Part shown: positions 55,313 through 64,000 of the stretch, piece after piece
Layout: each line of letters opens with the position of its first letter
Numbering within the stretch: the first letter of the stretch is position 1
Source of the DNA: an uncultured Acidobacteriota bacterium
GTDB lineage: Bacteria; Acidobacteriota; Polarisedimenticolia; J045
Assembly (NCBI GenBank): GCA_963702425.1
Contig: CAVPCQ010000011.1
Coordinates: forward strand, 64,001 to 128,000
DNA: 64,000 bases
Reading direction: 5' to 3'
Translations under genes and position numbers: made by a program
Notes under the pieces: model-generated
What the model saw: only the letters and a program-made list of their open reading frames with translations
Told to the model about the DNA's origin: nothing
Database searches by the model: none

Positions 55313-55953
55313 GCACTCCCCTCCTTGCGGTGGCGCAGGAACTCGAAGACGGCCGGCAGGACCGAGATGATGACGATCGCGATGATCACGACGCTGAAGT
55401 TGTCCCGGACAAATGGCAGGTTGCCGAAGAAATAGCCGGCCAGGACGCAGGTCAGGACCCACAGCACAGCGCCGGTCACGTTGTACATCGCGAAGCGCGG
55501 GTAGCTCATCTCGCCGACCCCCGCCAGGAACGGGGCGAAGGTGCGCACGATCGGCACGAACCGGGCGATGATGATCGTCTTGCCGCCGTACTTCTCGAAG
55601 AACCGGTGCGTTCGGTCGATGTACTCCTTGCGGAAGACGCGGCTGTCCTTCATGTCGTAGACGCGGTGGCCGATCCGGCGGCCCACGGCGTAGTTGACGG
55701 CGTCGCCCAGCACTGCGGCGACGATCAGCACCGCGAAGACGGCCGGCAGCGACAGCGAGCCCTTGGCCGCGAAGACCCCCGCCGCGAACAGCAGGGAGTC
55801 GCCCGGCAGGAAGGGCGTGACGACCAGGCCGGTCTCGCAGAAGACGACGACGAACAGCAGCGCGTAGGTCCACGCGCCGTAGCTCTCGATGACCTTCGCC
55901 AGATACCTGTCGAGATGCAGGAAGATGTCGATCGCGGTGTGGATCAGTTCCAC
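55309..55953 (-). CDS. DedA family membrane protein
   Basis: ETGLVVTPFLPGDSLLF, ARFVPIVRTFAPF. Confidence 0.92.
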   Translation of the reverse strand: MELIHTAIDIFLHLDRYLAKVIESYGAWTYALLFVVVFCETGLVVTPFLPGDSLLFAAGVFAAKGSLSLPAVFAVLIVAAVLGDAVNYAVGRRIGHRVYDMKDSRVFRKEYIDRTHRFFEKYGGKTIIIARFVPIVRTFAPFLAGVGEMSYPRFAMYNVTGAVLWVLTCVLAGYFFGNLPFVRDNFSVVIIAIVIISVLPAVFEFLRHRKEGSA

Positions 55954-56164
55954 CGGGGCCCTCGTCGCGGGGCGCGCCGCGGGGCGCGCCGCGGGCGGCA
56001 TTGTGACCCGGCTCCCCGGGGCCGCCAAGGGGGGGATGCCGCCTGCCGCACCCGTTCCCGCGATCCTCTGGCGGTTCGGCCCGGACCCGGTAGACTCCCC
56101 AGCGATCACGGCCGGCGCGGCGGAGCCCACTGCCTCGCGCCCGGACCGGGATCAGGGAGTCACC

Positions 56165-56506
56165 ATGAAGCGATTCGCACTGATCACGCTCGCGCTCGCC
56201 CTCGTTCTCGGCCTCTCGGCCGTCGCGCTGGCGGGCAACCCCAAGGAAGTCACCCTCACCGGCAAGATCGCCTGCGGCAAGTGCACCCTCAAGCTGGAAG
56301 GGGTCACGGGCTGCCAGGACATGTTCGTCGTCGCCGGCAAGGACGGCGGTGCGCCGACCTACTACTACTTCGCCAAGAGCGAGGCGCTGGAGGAGTTCGG
56401 CCACGGCTGCAACGGTGAGAAGGCGGCCGTCGTGACCGGCGTCGTCGCCGAGAAGGACGGCAAGCAGTGGATCGTCGCCACGAAGATCGTGGACGCGAAG
56501 GGCTGA
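56165..56506 (+). CDS. small secreted Cys-containing protein (DUF6370-like)
   Basis: Signal peptide ending ALA; EVTLTG..CGKC.L, C, HGC, VTG.V.EKDGK. Confidence 0.65.
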   Translation: MKRFALITLALALVLGLSAVALAGNPKEVTLTGKIACGKCTLKLEGVTGCQDMFVVAGKDGGAPTYYYFAKSEALEEFGHGCNGEKAAVVTGVVAEKDGKQWIVATKIVDAKG

Positions 56507-57123
56507 CAGCCGGAGAACCGGAGGGCGGCGACGCCGCTCTCCGGCGCTCGCTGGTTTGCGCTTTCGCCCGCGCGGGCGGCGCCGTACGCATCGCCCCCGG
56601 CGCCGGCAACCTCGTCCGCCGCGCCCTTCCCGCCGACGGGGTCCCGCACCCCTTCGTCATCGACGTCGAAGGCCTTCCCAACCTGCTGCACGAGGTCGTG
56701 CACTTCGCCCTGCGCCCGCCGCTGGCGGTCGACCACGGCTTCGAGTACCGGCTCATTCCTTTCGACACCGCGCAACGGGAACAGCGGCGCTGGCTCTGGG
56801 AGGAGCTTGCCTGCTGCGTCGTGAGCTGTGCCTACCTCGCCGGCCGGCCGGAGCGCGTCGAGCCGTGGTTCGCCGAGCAGCTCGAGATCCAGCACCACTT
56901 CTACGGCTTTCCGGGACCGGAGGCGTTCCTGGCCCACGTTCGCGCGCTCGTCGCGGCGCACGGTCCGGAACTGGACGCGGTCGTCGACGAGGCCTACGCG
57001 GCGACGGCAGTGCACCTCACGGCGGCCGGCGCGAGCGACCCCGCGCCGCCTCGGCGGCTCGACTTCGCGCCGTTGTTCGAACGCCTCGCCGCTACAAGCC
57101 GGCGAGGATCTGCGCCAGGATGA
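56503..57123 (+). CDS. hypothetical HExxH-motif protein; start uncertain
   Basis: NLLHEVVH..DHG..WEELACC; coding-like bias but no clear ATG after the upstream stop. Confidence 0.55.
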   Translation: MTAGEPEGGDAALRRSLVCAFARAGGAVRIAPGAGNLVRRALPADGVPHPFVIDVEGLPNLLHEVVHFALRPPLAVDHGFEYRLIPFDTAQREQRRWLWEELACCVVSCAYLAGRPERVEPWFAEQLEIQHHFYGFPGPEAFLAHVRALVAAHGPELDAVVDEAYAATAVHLTAAGASDPAPPRRLDFAPLFERLAATSRRGSAPG

Positions 57124-58731
57124 TCTTCGAGATCGTCGCCACCGGGTAGACCGCGGCGTAGGCGACGTTCGGCGTCTCCGATCCGGTGTGGGAGTTCGCG
57201 AACGACAGGGCCGCCGGCTGGGTGTGGATCCCGGCCACCAGCCCCAGCGTCGTGATCATGTCGAACCCGAAGACCCGCCGCGCCAGCAGGATCGCGGCCG
57301 TCGCCGACAGCACGGTGATCACCGCGCCGGCGGCCAGCAGCGGCAGCCCCTGCTTCTCGAAAGTCGCGACGAAGGTCGCCCCGGCCCGCGTGCCGACGCC
57401 GGCGAGGAACAGCAGGATCCCGAGCTGGCGCAGCGTGAGCGAGGCGTTGGCCGGCATCGTCCAGACGATCGGCCCGGTCCGCCCGAGCCGGCCGAGGATC
57501 AGCCCGACCACCAGGGGCCCGCCGGCCAGGCCCAGGGACATCGTCTGGCCGCCGGGGAGCGGAATCGGGAAGGTGCCGAGAAAGACCCCGAGGATCAGCC
57601 CGAAGCTGAACGACATGAAGTCGGTCTCGGTCAGGTCGCGGAGCGGGTCACCGACGACCTGCGAGACGCGATCGAGGTCGCGCGCGTGGGCGACGGCGCG
57701 GATGTGATCGCCCAGCTCGAGCGTCGTGTCGGCTTCGGGGGTGATCGCGATCCCGCCCCGCCGGATCCGGCTGACGACGACCGGGCAGCTGCAAGCCGCG
57801 GACAGCTCGGAGAGTTTCGTCCCCGCGACCTTGCGCTGCAGCACGACGAGGTCCCGGTGCGCAATGTCGGAGCCGAAGTGCTCGTGGTGCTCGCCGACCA
57901 GCGGGCCGATCAGCAGCATCGCCGCGCTCGATCGCATCGGGCGGGCCGACGCCGACCAGCACGTCTCCCTCCAGCGAGCTGCAGCTCGGGGGTGACGAGG
58001 ATCTCCTGCCCGCCGCGCTTGACGCGCGTGAAGACCATCCCGGTCAGCTCGGCGAAGCGGGCCGCCTCGAAGGCTCTCCCGATGAGCTGGGGGTTGGCGA
58101 TCCGCAGCTCGCGCGTGATCAGGTCGTCGCCGCCGAGGCCGCTGGCGTCGCGGGCCTTCCGGTCCTCCTCCTTGAAATCGACGCGCGCGAGCCGCGTCGC
58201 GACCTGCATCACCAGGATCAGCCCGACGACGCCGAGCGGGTAGGCAATCGAGTAGCCGACCGTCGGGCCGTCCGCAGCCCCCGCCGAGACGACGCCGCGC
58301 AGCCGCTCGATCGCCGCCGCGAGCGCGGGGGTGTTGGTCAGGGCGCCGCAGAACAGACCGGTCGCGACCGGAGATCCTGTCGCCAGCAGGATCCCGGCGC
58401 CCCAGGCGCCGACCGCGGCGACGACCGGGATCAGGGTGCCGGCGAGCGTGAACTGCAGCCCCTGCCGGCGGAAGAGGTTGAAGAACATCGGCCCCGACTG
58501 CAGCCCGATGATGTAGACGAAGAGGATCAGCCCCAGCAGGTAGACGAACTCGGGCAGCACGAAGTGGCCGGGGTCGATCGCGCCGAAGACGAGGCCGACG
58601 AACAGCACCGCGGCCACGCCGAGCGAGAAACCCTTGAATCGAACCGCGCCGAGGAACCAGCCCAGGCCGATGACCGCGAAGAGCAGGGCGACGGGAGACG
58701 TGGCGAGCAGGTCGTACAGGCCGGCGAGCAA
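57092..58731 (-). CDS. aspartate:alanine exchanger (AAE, YidE/YbjL) family transporter with TrkA-C domains (frameshifts)
   Basis: LGVAAVLFVG, GALTNTPAL, YSIAYP, LGLAGGPL, HTQPAAL, YAAVYP. Confidence 0.87.
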
Positions 58732-58933
58732 GGGGGACGATCCTCCGGGGCGGGCTGGTCAGGATACGGGAGCGCGCTGCCGCGCGGAAGCGCCCGGCGG
58801 AGCGCCCGGCGGAGCGCCTCGGGAATCCCGCGCGGTCGGATCCCGGCACGAAGCCGGGCCGTGACAGCCGCCGCCGGAGTGGGCAGACTCGCCGCGCTGG
58901 GGCTTCATGGATGATCCGGGATGGGAGGCGGCG

Positions 58934-59623
58934 GTGCGGATTCTCCTGGTCGAGGACGACCCCAAGATCGCGTCGTTCGTCGCGCGCGGGCTGCGCGAGG
59001 CGGGACACGGGGTCGACCACGCGGTCGACGGGAACGCCGGCCTCGCGCTCGCGCTGGAACATCCCTACGACGTCGCGATCGTGGACGTGATGCTCCCCGG
59101 TCTCGACGGTCTCGCGCTGGTGGCGAAGATGCGGGCGCGGGGGGCGACGACCCCGGTCCTGATCCTCTCGGCGCGGCGGACGGTGGACGACCGGGTGAAG
59201 GGTCTCACGGCCGGCGGCGACGACTACCTGACCAAGCCGTTCGCGTTCGCCGAGCTGGCGGCGCGCGTGAAGGCGCTCGCGCGGCGCGCGGCCGTCGCTC
59301 CGGCCGCGCCGGAGCCTGAGCCGACGCGGCTGGTCGCGGGCGAGCTGGTGATCGACCTGGTCACGCGTCGGGTCGAGCGGGCCGGGCATCCGATCGAGCT
59401 GCGGCCGCGCGAGTACGCGCTGCTCGAGCTGCTCGCCCGCCACGCCGGGGAGGTCGTGCCGAAGACCATGGTCATGGCGCAGCTGTGGGGGTACAGCTTC
59501 GACCCGCGCACCAACGTCGTCGACGTGCTGATCCACCGGCTGCGCGAGAAGCTCGACGCGGGGTTCGAGAGAAAGCTGCTGCGCACCGTGCGCGGGGTCG
59601 GGTATGTCCTCGAAAGCGCCTGA
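58934..59623 (+). CDS. OmpR-family response regulator
   Basis: LVEDD, DVMLP, DYLTKPF, wHTH with NVVDV.I.RLR.K and TVRGVGY. Confidence 0.93.
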   Translation: MRILLVEDDPKIASFVARGLREAGHGVDHAVDGNAGLALALEHPYDVAIVDVMLPGLDGLALVAKMRARGATTPVLILSARRTVDDRVKGLTAGGDDYLTKPFAFAELAARVKALARRAAVAPAAPEPEPTRLVAGELVIDLVTRRVERAGHPIELRPREYALLELLARHAGEVVPKTMVMAQLWGYSFDPRTNVVDVLIHRLREKLDAGFERKLLRTVRGVGYVLESA

Positions 59624-61002
59624 CACCCTGCCGCGTCTCGGCCTGCGGCTGGGCGCGTGGTACGCCGCGCTGTTCGTCGTCGGCGCGCTGCTGCTGACGG
59701 TCCTGACCTACCTGCTGCTGGCCAACTCGCTCGAGGCCCGCGACCGCCAGATCGTCTCCTCGACCCTCGAGCGCTACGCCGGGGCCTACCTGCGCGGCGG
59801 GCTCCCGGCGCTCGACGAGACGATCGTCGCCGACCGCGTCGCCGGCCGGCACGAGCGCCTGCTGGTGCGCGTCGTCGGGCGCACCGCGCAGGCGCTGTTC
59901 TACACGCTGCCGACCGACTGGCGTGGCTTCGACCTCGCCCGGCTCGACCGGCGGCCGCCGCCCGGCCAGACGGCCTGGACGCGGATCCCGTCGCCGGACG
60001 GGCTCGCCACGCTCGAGGTCGAGTCGGTCGTGCTGGCGGACGGGGCGCTGTTCCAGGTCGGCAAGAGCACCGAGAGCCGCGCCGAGCTGCTGGAGCGCTT
60101 CCGTGCGCTCTCCGCGCTGATCCTCGTGATCATCGTGCTGGCCGCGCTGGCGGGCGGCGCCCTGGTCACGCGGCGGGCGCTCCGACCGCTGCACCTGCTC
60201 TCGGCCACGGTGGGGAACATCCTCGAGACCGGACGCCTCTCCGAGCGCGTGCCCGTGCGCGCGGGCGGCGACGCGCTCGAGGAGACCGGCGTTCTCTTCA
60301 ACCGCATGCTGGCGCGGCTCGAGACGCTGGTCGACGGAATGCGCGGCTCGCTCGACAACGTGGCGCACGACTTGCGCACGCCGCTGGCGCGGCTGCGTGG
60401 CGTCGCCGAGGCGGGCGATGGCGCACGCGCGCACCGAGACCGAGCTGCGCGAGGCGCTGGCCGAGGTGCTGGAGGAGACCGAGCGCGTGTCGGGCATGCT
60501 CGACACGCTGATGGACATCTCCGAGGCCGAGACCGGCGCGATGGCGCTCGCGCGCGAGCGGCTCGACGTCGCGGCGCTGCTGGCCGAGACGGCCGAGCTT
60601 TACGAAGACGTGGCGGAGGACAAGGGGGTCGCGCTCGCCGCCGAGCCGGCCGGGGGCCTGGCGATCGACGCCGACCGCCAGCGGATGCGGCAGGTCCTCT
60701 CCAACCTGGTCGACAACGCGCTCAAGTACACGCCGGCGGGGGGGCGCGTCGTGCTGCGGGCGCGCCGGGCCGGGCTCCGCGTCGAGATCGAGGTCGCCGA
60801 CGACGGCCCGGGGATCGCCGCCGAGGACCTGCCGCGGATCTGGGACCGGCTCTACCGCGGCGACCGCAGCCGGTCCGAGCGCGGGCTGGGGCTGGGGCTG
60901 TCGCTGGTTCGGGCGATCGTCGAGGCCCACGGCGGGCAGGCCCGCGCGGGCTCGACCCCCGGCGGCGGCGCGACCTTCACGATCGAGATCCCGGCCGCCT
61001 GA
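59604..61002 (+). CDS. sensor histidine kinase, HAMP-HisKA-HATPase (frameshift near 60415)
   Basis: Two TMs, AHDLRTPL, NLVDNALKY, DDGPGI, GLGLGL. Confidence 0.9.
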
Positions 61003-61082
61003 GCGCGTCCGGCGCCCTCCACTTGCCCGCAGCGGCGCGCGCCCGGCGCCCGGCGCCCGCGGCGAGCGCTTCCCTTTCACGC

Positions 61083-61111
61083 GTGTCATGGTCGTGAAAG
61101 CGACATGTCAG
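61083..61111 (+). promoter_or_regulatory. candidate OmpR-family binding site, 11-bp periodic repeats
   Basis: TGTCA (61084), TGAAA (61095) and TGTCA (61106) exactly 11 bp apart, upstream of the Do protease gene. Confidence 0.45.
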
Positions 61112-61169
61112 GGTCGCCGTGGTCTTCTCTTTACGAGCCGTTCCACTGCTCGCTGGAGAAGACGACACC

Positions 61170-62753
61170 ATGCAGATCACCGGCACGATCGACACCGCCC
61201 CCGCCCCTCCTCGGCGCCCCGCGGCGCGCAGCGGGATCGTGATTCTCGGCCTCGCCGCCGTGCTCGCGGCGTCGGCCCTCGGTTGGGCCGTGGCCGGCCG
61301 CGGCCCCGAGCCGCTGGCCGCAGCCTCCCACGCCTTCGCGGCCGCTCCCGCTCCCGCCGCCCCCGCGGCCGCCCCCGCACCGGCCGGCGCTCCCACCCTC
61401 GCCGGGGTGCCTTTGCAGGCCTCCTACGCCGACCTCGTGGCCAAGGTCGCCCCCGCGGTGGTCACGATCCGCGCCGAGCGCGTCGTGAAGCCGGCCAACC
61501 AGCCGATGCCGTTCGCGCAGGACCCGATGTTCCGCCGCTTCTTCGGCGACCGGATCCCTCAGCCCGGACAGCCCGGCACCCCGGGGCACGGCTACCGCGA
61601 AGGCGGTCTCGGCTCGGGGGTCGTCGTCAGCGACGACGGGATCATCCTGACGAACCACCACGTCGTCGAGGGGGCCGACGAGATCAAGGTCGAGCTCTCC
61701 GATCGCCGCGTGTACGACGCGAAGGTGATCGGCTCCGACCCGCCGACCGACCTGGCCGTGCTGAGGATCGACGCGCGGCAGCTCCCCTACCTCCCGCTCG
61801 GCGACTCCTCGGCGGTGCGGGTCGGCGACGTCGTGCTCGCGTTCGGCAACCCGCTCGGCGTCGGCCAGACCGTGACGATGGGAATCATCAGCGCCAAGGG
61901 ACGCCACACCGGACTCAACGACGGCGGCTTCGAGGACTTCCTGCAGACCGACGCGCCGATCAACCGCGGCAACTCCGGGGGCGCGCTGGTCGACCTGCAG
62001 GGGAAGCTGGTCGGGATCAACTCGCAGATCATGTCCCCCTCGGGCGGCAGCATCGGGATCGGCTTCGCGATCCCGGCCTCGATGGCCGGCAGCGTGATGA
62101 ACCAGCTGCTCGACGGCGGCGCGGTCCGTCGCGGACAGCTCGGGGTCACGATCCAGCCCGTCACGCCGGAGCTGGCGCGGGGCCTGGGGCTCGACGGCCT
62201 GCGCGGCGCGCTGGTCAGCAACGTCAGCGAAGGCAGCGCGGCCGCGAAGGCCGGGGTCGAGCGCGGCGACGTGATCGTCGGCTTCGAAGGCAAGCCGGTT
62301 GCCGACGGCAACGAGTTGCGCAACCTCGTCGCCGGCACCGCTCCCGGCTCGCGCGTCGGGCTCGAGGTGCTGCGCGACGGATCCGCGAAGCAGCTCAGCG
62401 TGACGCTCGGCGAGCTGGCCGCGCAGAACGAGAAGGTCGCGGCGAACGCCGAACCGGCCGACGAGTTCAAGCTCGGGATCGGGGTTCGTCCGCTCGGCCG
62501 CGAGGATCTCGGCGAACTGGGCCTTCCCGCCGGCTCCAAGGGTCTGCTCGTCACCGAGGTCGATCCCGGCGGCGCTGCGGGGGCGGCCGGGATCGCCCCG
62601 GGCGACGTGATCGAGCGCGCCAACAACCAGCCGGTGGGATCCGTGGCCGAGCTCAAGGCCGCGCTCGAGCGGTCGGGCGACCGGCCCACCGTGCTGCTGG
62701 TGCAGCGCCAGGGGAACTCGCTCTTCGTCGCGATCGAGCGCCCGAAGGACTGA
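61170..62753 (+). CDS. Do/DegP/DegQ family serine endopeptidase with two PDZ domains
   Basis: GSGVVV, TNHHVV, DLAV, QTDAPINRGNSGG, IGIGFAIP, two PDZ repeats. Confidence 0.93.
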   Translation: MQITGTIDTAPAPPRRPAARSGIVILGLAAVLAASALGWAVAGRGPEPLAAASHAFAAAPAPAAPAAAPAPAGAPTLAGVPLQASYADLVAKVAPAVVTIRAERVVKPANQPMPFAQDPMFRRFFGDRIPQPGQPGTPGHGYREGGLGSGVVVSDDGIILTNHHVVEGADEIKVELSDRRVYDAKVIGSDPPTDLAVLRIDARQLPYLPLGDSSAVRVGDVVLAFGNPLGVGQTVTMGIISAKGRHTGLNDGGFEDFLQTDAPINRGNSGGALVDLQGKLVGINSQIMSPSGGSIGIGFAIPASMAGSVMNQLLDGGAVRRGQLGVTIQPVTPELARGLGLDGLRGALVSNVSEGSAAAKAGVERGDVIVGFEGKPVADGNELRNLVAGTAPGSRVGLEVLRDGSAKQLSVTLGELAAQNEKVAANAEPADEFKLGIGVRPLGREDLGELGLPAGSKGLLVTEVDPGGAAGAAGIAPGDVIERANNQPVGSVAELKAALERSGDRPTVLLVQRQGNSLFVAIERPKD

Positions 62754-62774
62754 CCTTCGACTCCTCCCTCTCCC

Positions 62775-64000
62775 TCACTGCGCGGCGAAGTGCACCCGCA
62801 CTTCGCCGCGCAGGCTGCTCACGAGCCACGCGGACGCCGCGCGCCGCAGGTCGCCGGGCCGGAGGATCCGCTCGGCGATCGCACCGCGCGCGAGCAGCTC
62901 GCCGCGCAGGACGCCGCCCAGCAGGCCGCAGTCCCGCGGCGGCGTGAAGCGCGCGCCGTCGAGCTCCAGCACGAGGTTCCCGCGGGTGAACTCCGTCAGC
63001 TCGCCCGACTCGTTGAGCAGCAGCACGTCGTGCACGTCCGGGCGCTCGGCGCGCCGCGTGTCGTACACGGCCCGGTGCGTCGTCTTGTGGTGCAGGAAGA
63101 GGTCGTCCCGCGAGACCGGGCGCGGCGAGAGGGCCACCGCGAGGGGCTGCGCCCGGCAGCGGCTCGAGCGGCGTCGCCTCGACCCGCGGCCTGCCCTCGT
63201 CCGGGACGAGCAGGCGCACGCGCCACGGGCCCGGGGGCAGCCCGGCGACGGTCCGGCGCAGCTCCCGCTCCGCCGCCAGCCCGTCGAAGGGCCAGCCGAA
63301 GTAGCGCGCCGACGCGCCGACGCGCGCCATGTGCGCGGCGAGGCGCAGCGGCTCCCCGGCTTCGGCGCGCAGCGTCTCGACCAGCTCGAAGTGCGGCGGC
63401 GGCTCGCCGAGCACGGCCGCCTTGAGCAGCACCTCGCGGTACTCGGCCGAGGCCTCGGAGCCCCAGGTGATGCCGGAACCGGCCCCGTACTCGACCCGCG
63501 CCGGTCTCGCGGTCGACGACCGCGGTCCGGATCGGGACCGAGAAGGTCGCGTCGCCGCCGGGAGCCACGACGCCGATCGCTCCGCAGTAGACACCGCGCG
63601 GCGAGCCCTCCAGCGCGGCGATGAGGCGCATCGTGCTGGCCTTCGGCGCGCCGGTCACCGAGCCGCTCGGGAAGAGCGCGCCGAAGATCTCGACGAGCCC
63701 CGTCCCCGGCCGCGCGGTCGCGGTCACGGTGGAAGTCATCTGCAGCACGGTCGGGTAGCGCTCGACCGCGCACAGCGACGCCACGGCGACGCTCCCGGGC
63801 ACGGCCACGCGCCCGAGGTCGCTCCGCATCAGGTCGACGATCATCACGTTCTCGGCGCGGTCCTTCTCCGACCCGCCGAGCGCCGCGGCGCGGGCGTCGT
63901 CCTCGTCGACGAAGCGGCCGCGCCGCGCCGTGCCCTTCATCGGGCGCACGACGAGACGGTCCCCTTCCCGTCGGAAGAACAGCTCCGGGGAGGCCGAGGC
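62775..64000 (-). CDS. pabB: PabB-PabC fusion (aminodeoxychorismate synthase I + class IV aminotransferase/lyase); 5' end outside the window, frameshifts
   Basis: SPELFF, PMKGT, AENVMIVDL, SVTGAPK, GAGSGI, then HKTT.R, NESGELTE, GLLGGV.R. Confidence 0.85.
   Translation of the reverse strand, partial: LGLPGAVLPTGRGPSRRAPDEGHGAARPLRRRGRRPRRGARRVGEGPRRERDDRRPDAERPRARGRARERRRGVAVRGRALPDRAADDFHRDRDRAAGDGARRDLRRALPERLGDRRAEGQHDAPHRRAGGLAARCLLRSDRRRGSRRRRDLLGPDPDRGRRPRDRRGSSTGPVPASPGAPRPRPSTARCCSRRPCSASRRRTSSWSRRCAPKPGSRCASPRTWRASARRRATSAGPSTGWRRSGSCAGPSPGCPRARGACACSSRTRAGRGSRRRRSSRCRAQPLAVALSPRPVSRDDLFLHHKTTHRAVYDTRRAERPDVHDVLLLNESGELTEFTRGNLVLELDGARFTPPRDCGLLGGVLRGELLARGAIAERILRPGDLRRAASAWLVSSLRGEVRVHFAAQ

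Noticed and set aside
55966-55995. 12-bp GC tandem repeat upstream of dedA, and a similar one at about 58789-58818
   Set aside because: Only about 2.5 low-complexity units each, unrelated to each other; expected by chance at this GC content.
56272-56290. CxxC as a c-type heme site
   Set aside because: It reads CGKCT, with no His after the second Cys.

Overview
Very GC-rich (roughly 70%+ by eye), gene-dense chromosomal window from a diderm bacterium. It has GmhA, several outer-membrane beta-barrels and lipoproteins; an Acidobacteriota-like origin is my guess, not shown by the sequence. About 58 CDSs are supported. At least 15 carry 1-bp indels, which look like long-read consensus errors rather than real pseudogenes. 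I see no rRNA, tRNA, CRISPR array, transposase or integrase. Most long ORFs in the supplied track are antisense or off-frame shadows. Notable content: (1) a gene-split DNA2-like module, a TM0106/Cas4-like Fe-S nuclease plus an Upf1-like SF1 helicase, coupled to gmhA; (2) an MBOAT/flippase/sulfotransferase/SGNH glycan-modification cluster; (3) a PNPase not preceded by rpsO and an EfpL(YeiP)-type elongation factor; (4) a diverged ~3.8-4.0 kb tandem duplication (27943-31944 / 31946-35702) of DUF1820 + patatin-POTRA-beta-barrel (PlpD-like) + a 91-aa ORF, with gene fragments at the junction; (5) an uncharacterised block of a CinA/nucleotidyltransferase-like protein, DUF3300, DUF2950 and a MetA-type beta-barrel beside GDPD, SulP and YdiK genes; (6) a lipoprotein with a toxin-RNase-like C-terminus coupled to an immunity-like gene; (7) repeated TAnnnT-6/7 nt-start motifs suggesting leaderless mRNAs. 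Family calls come from motif recognition only; no searches were run.
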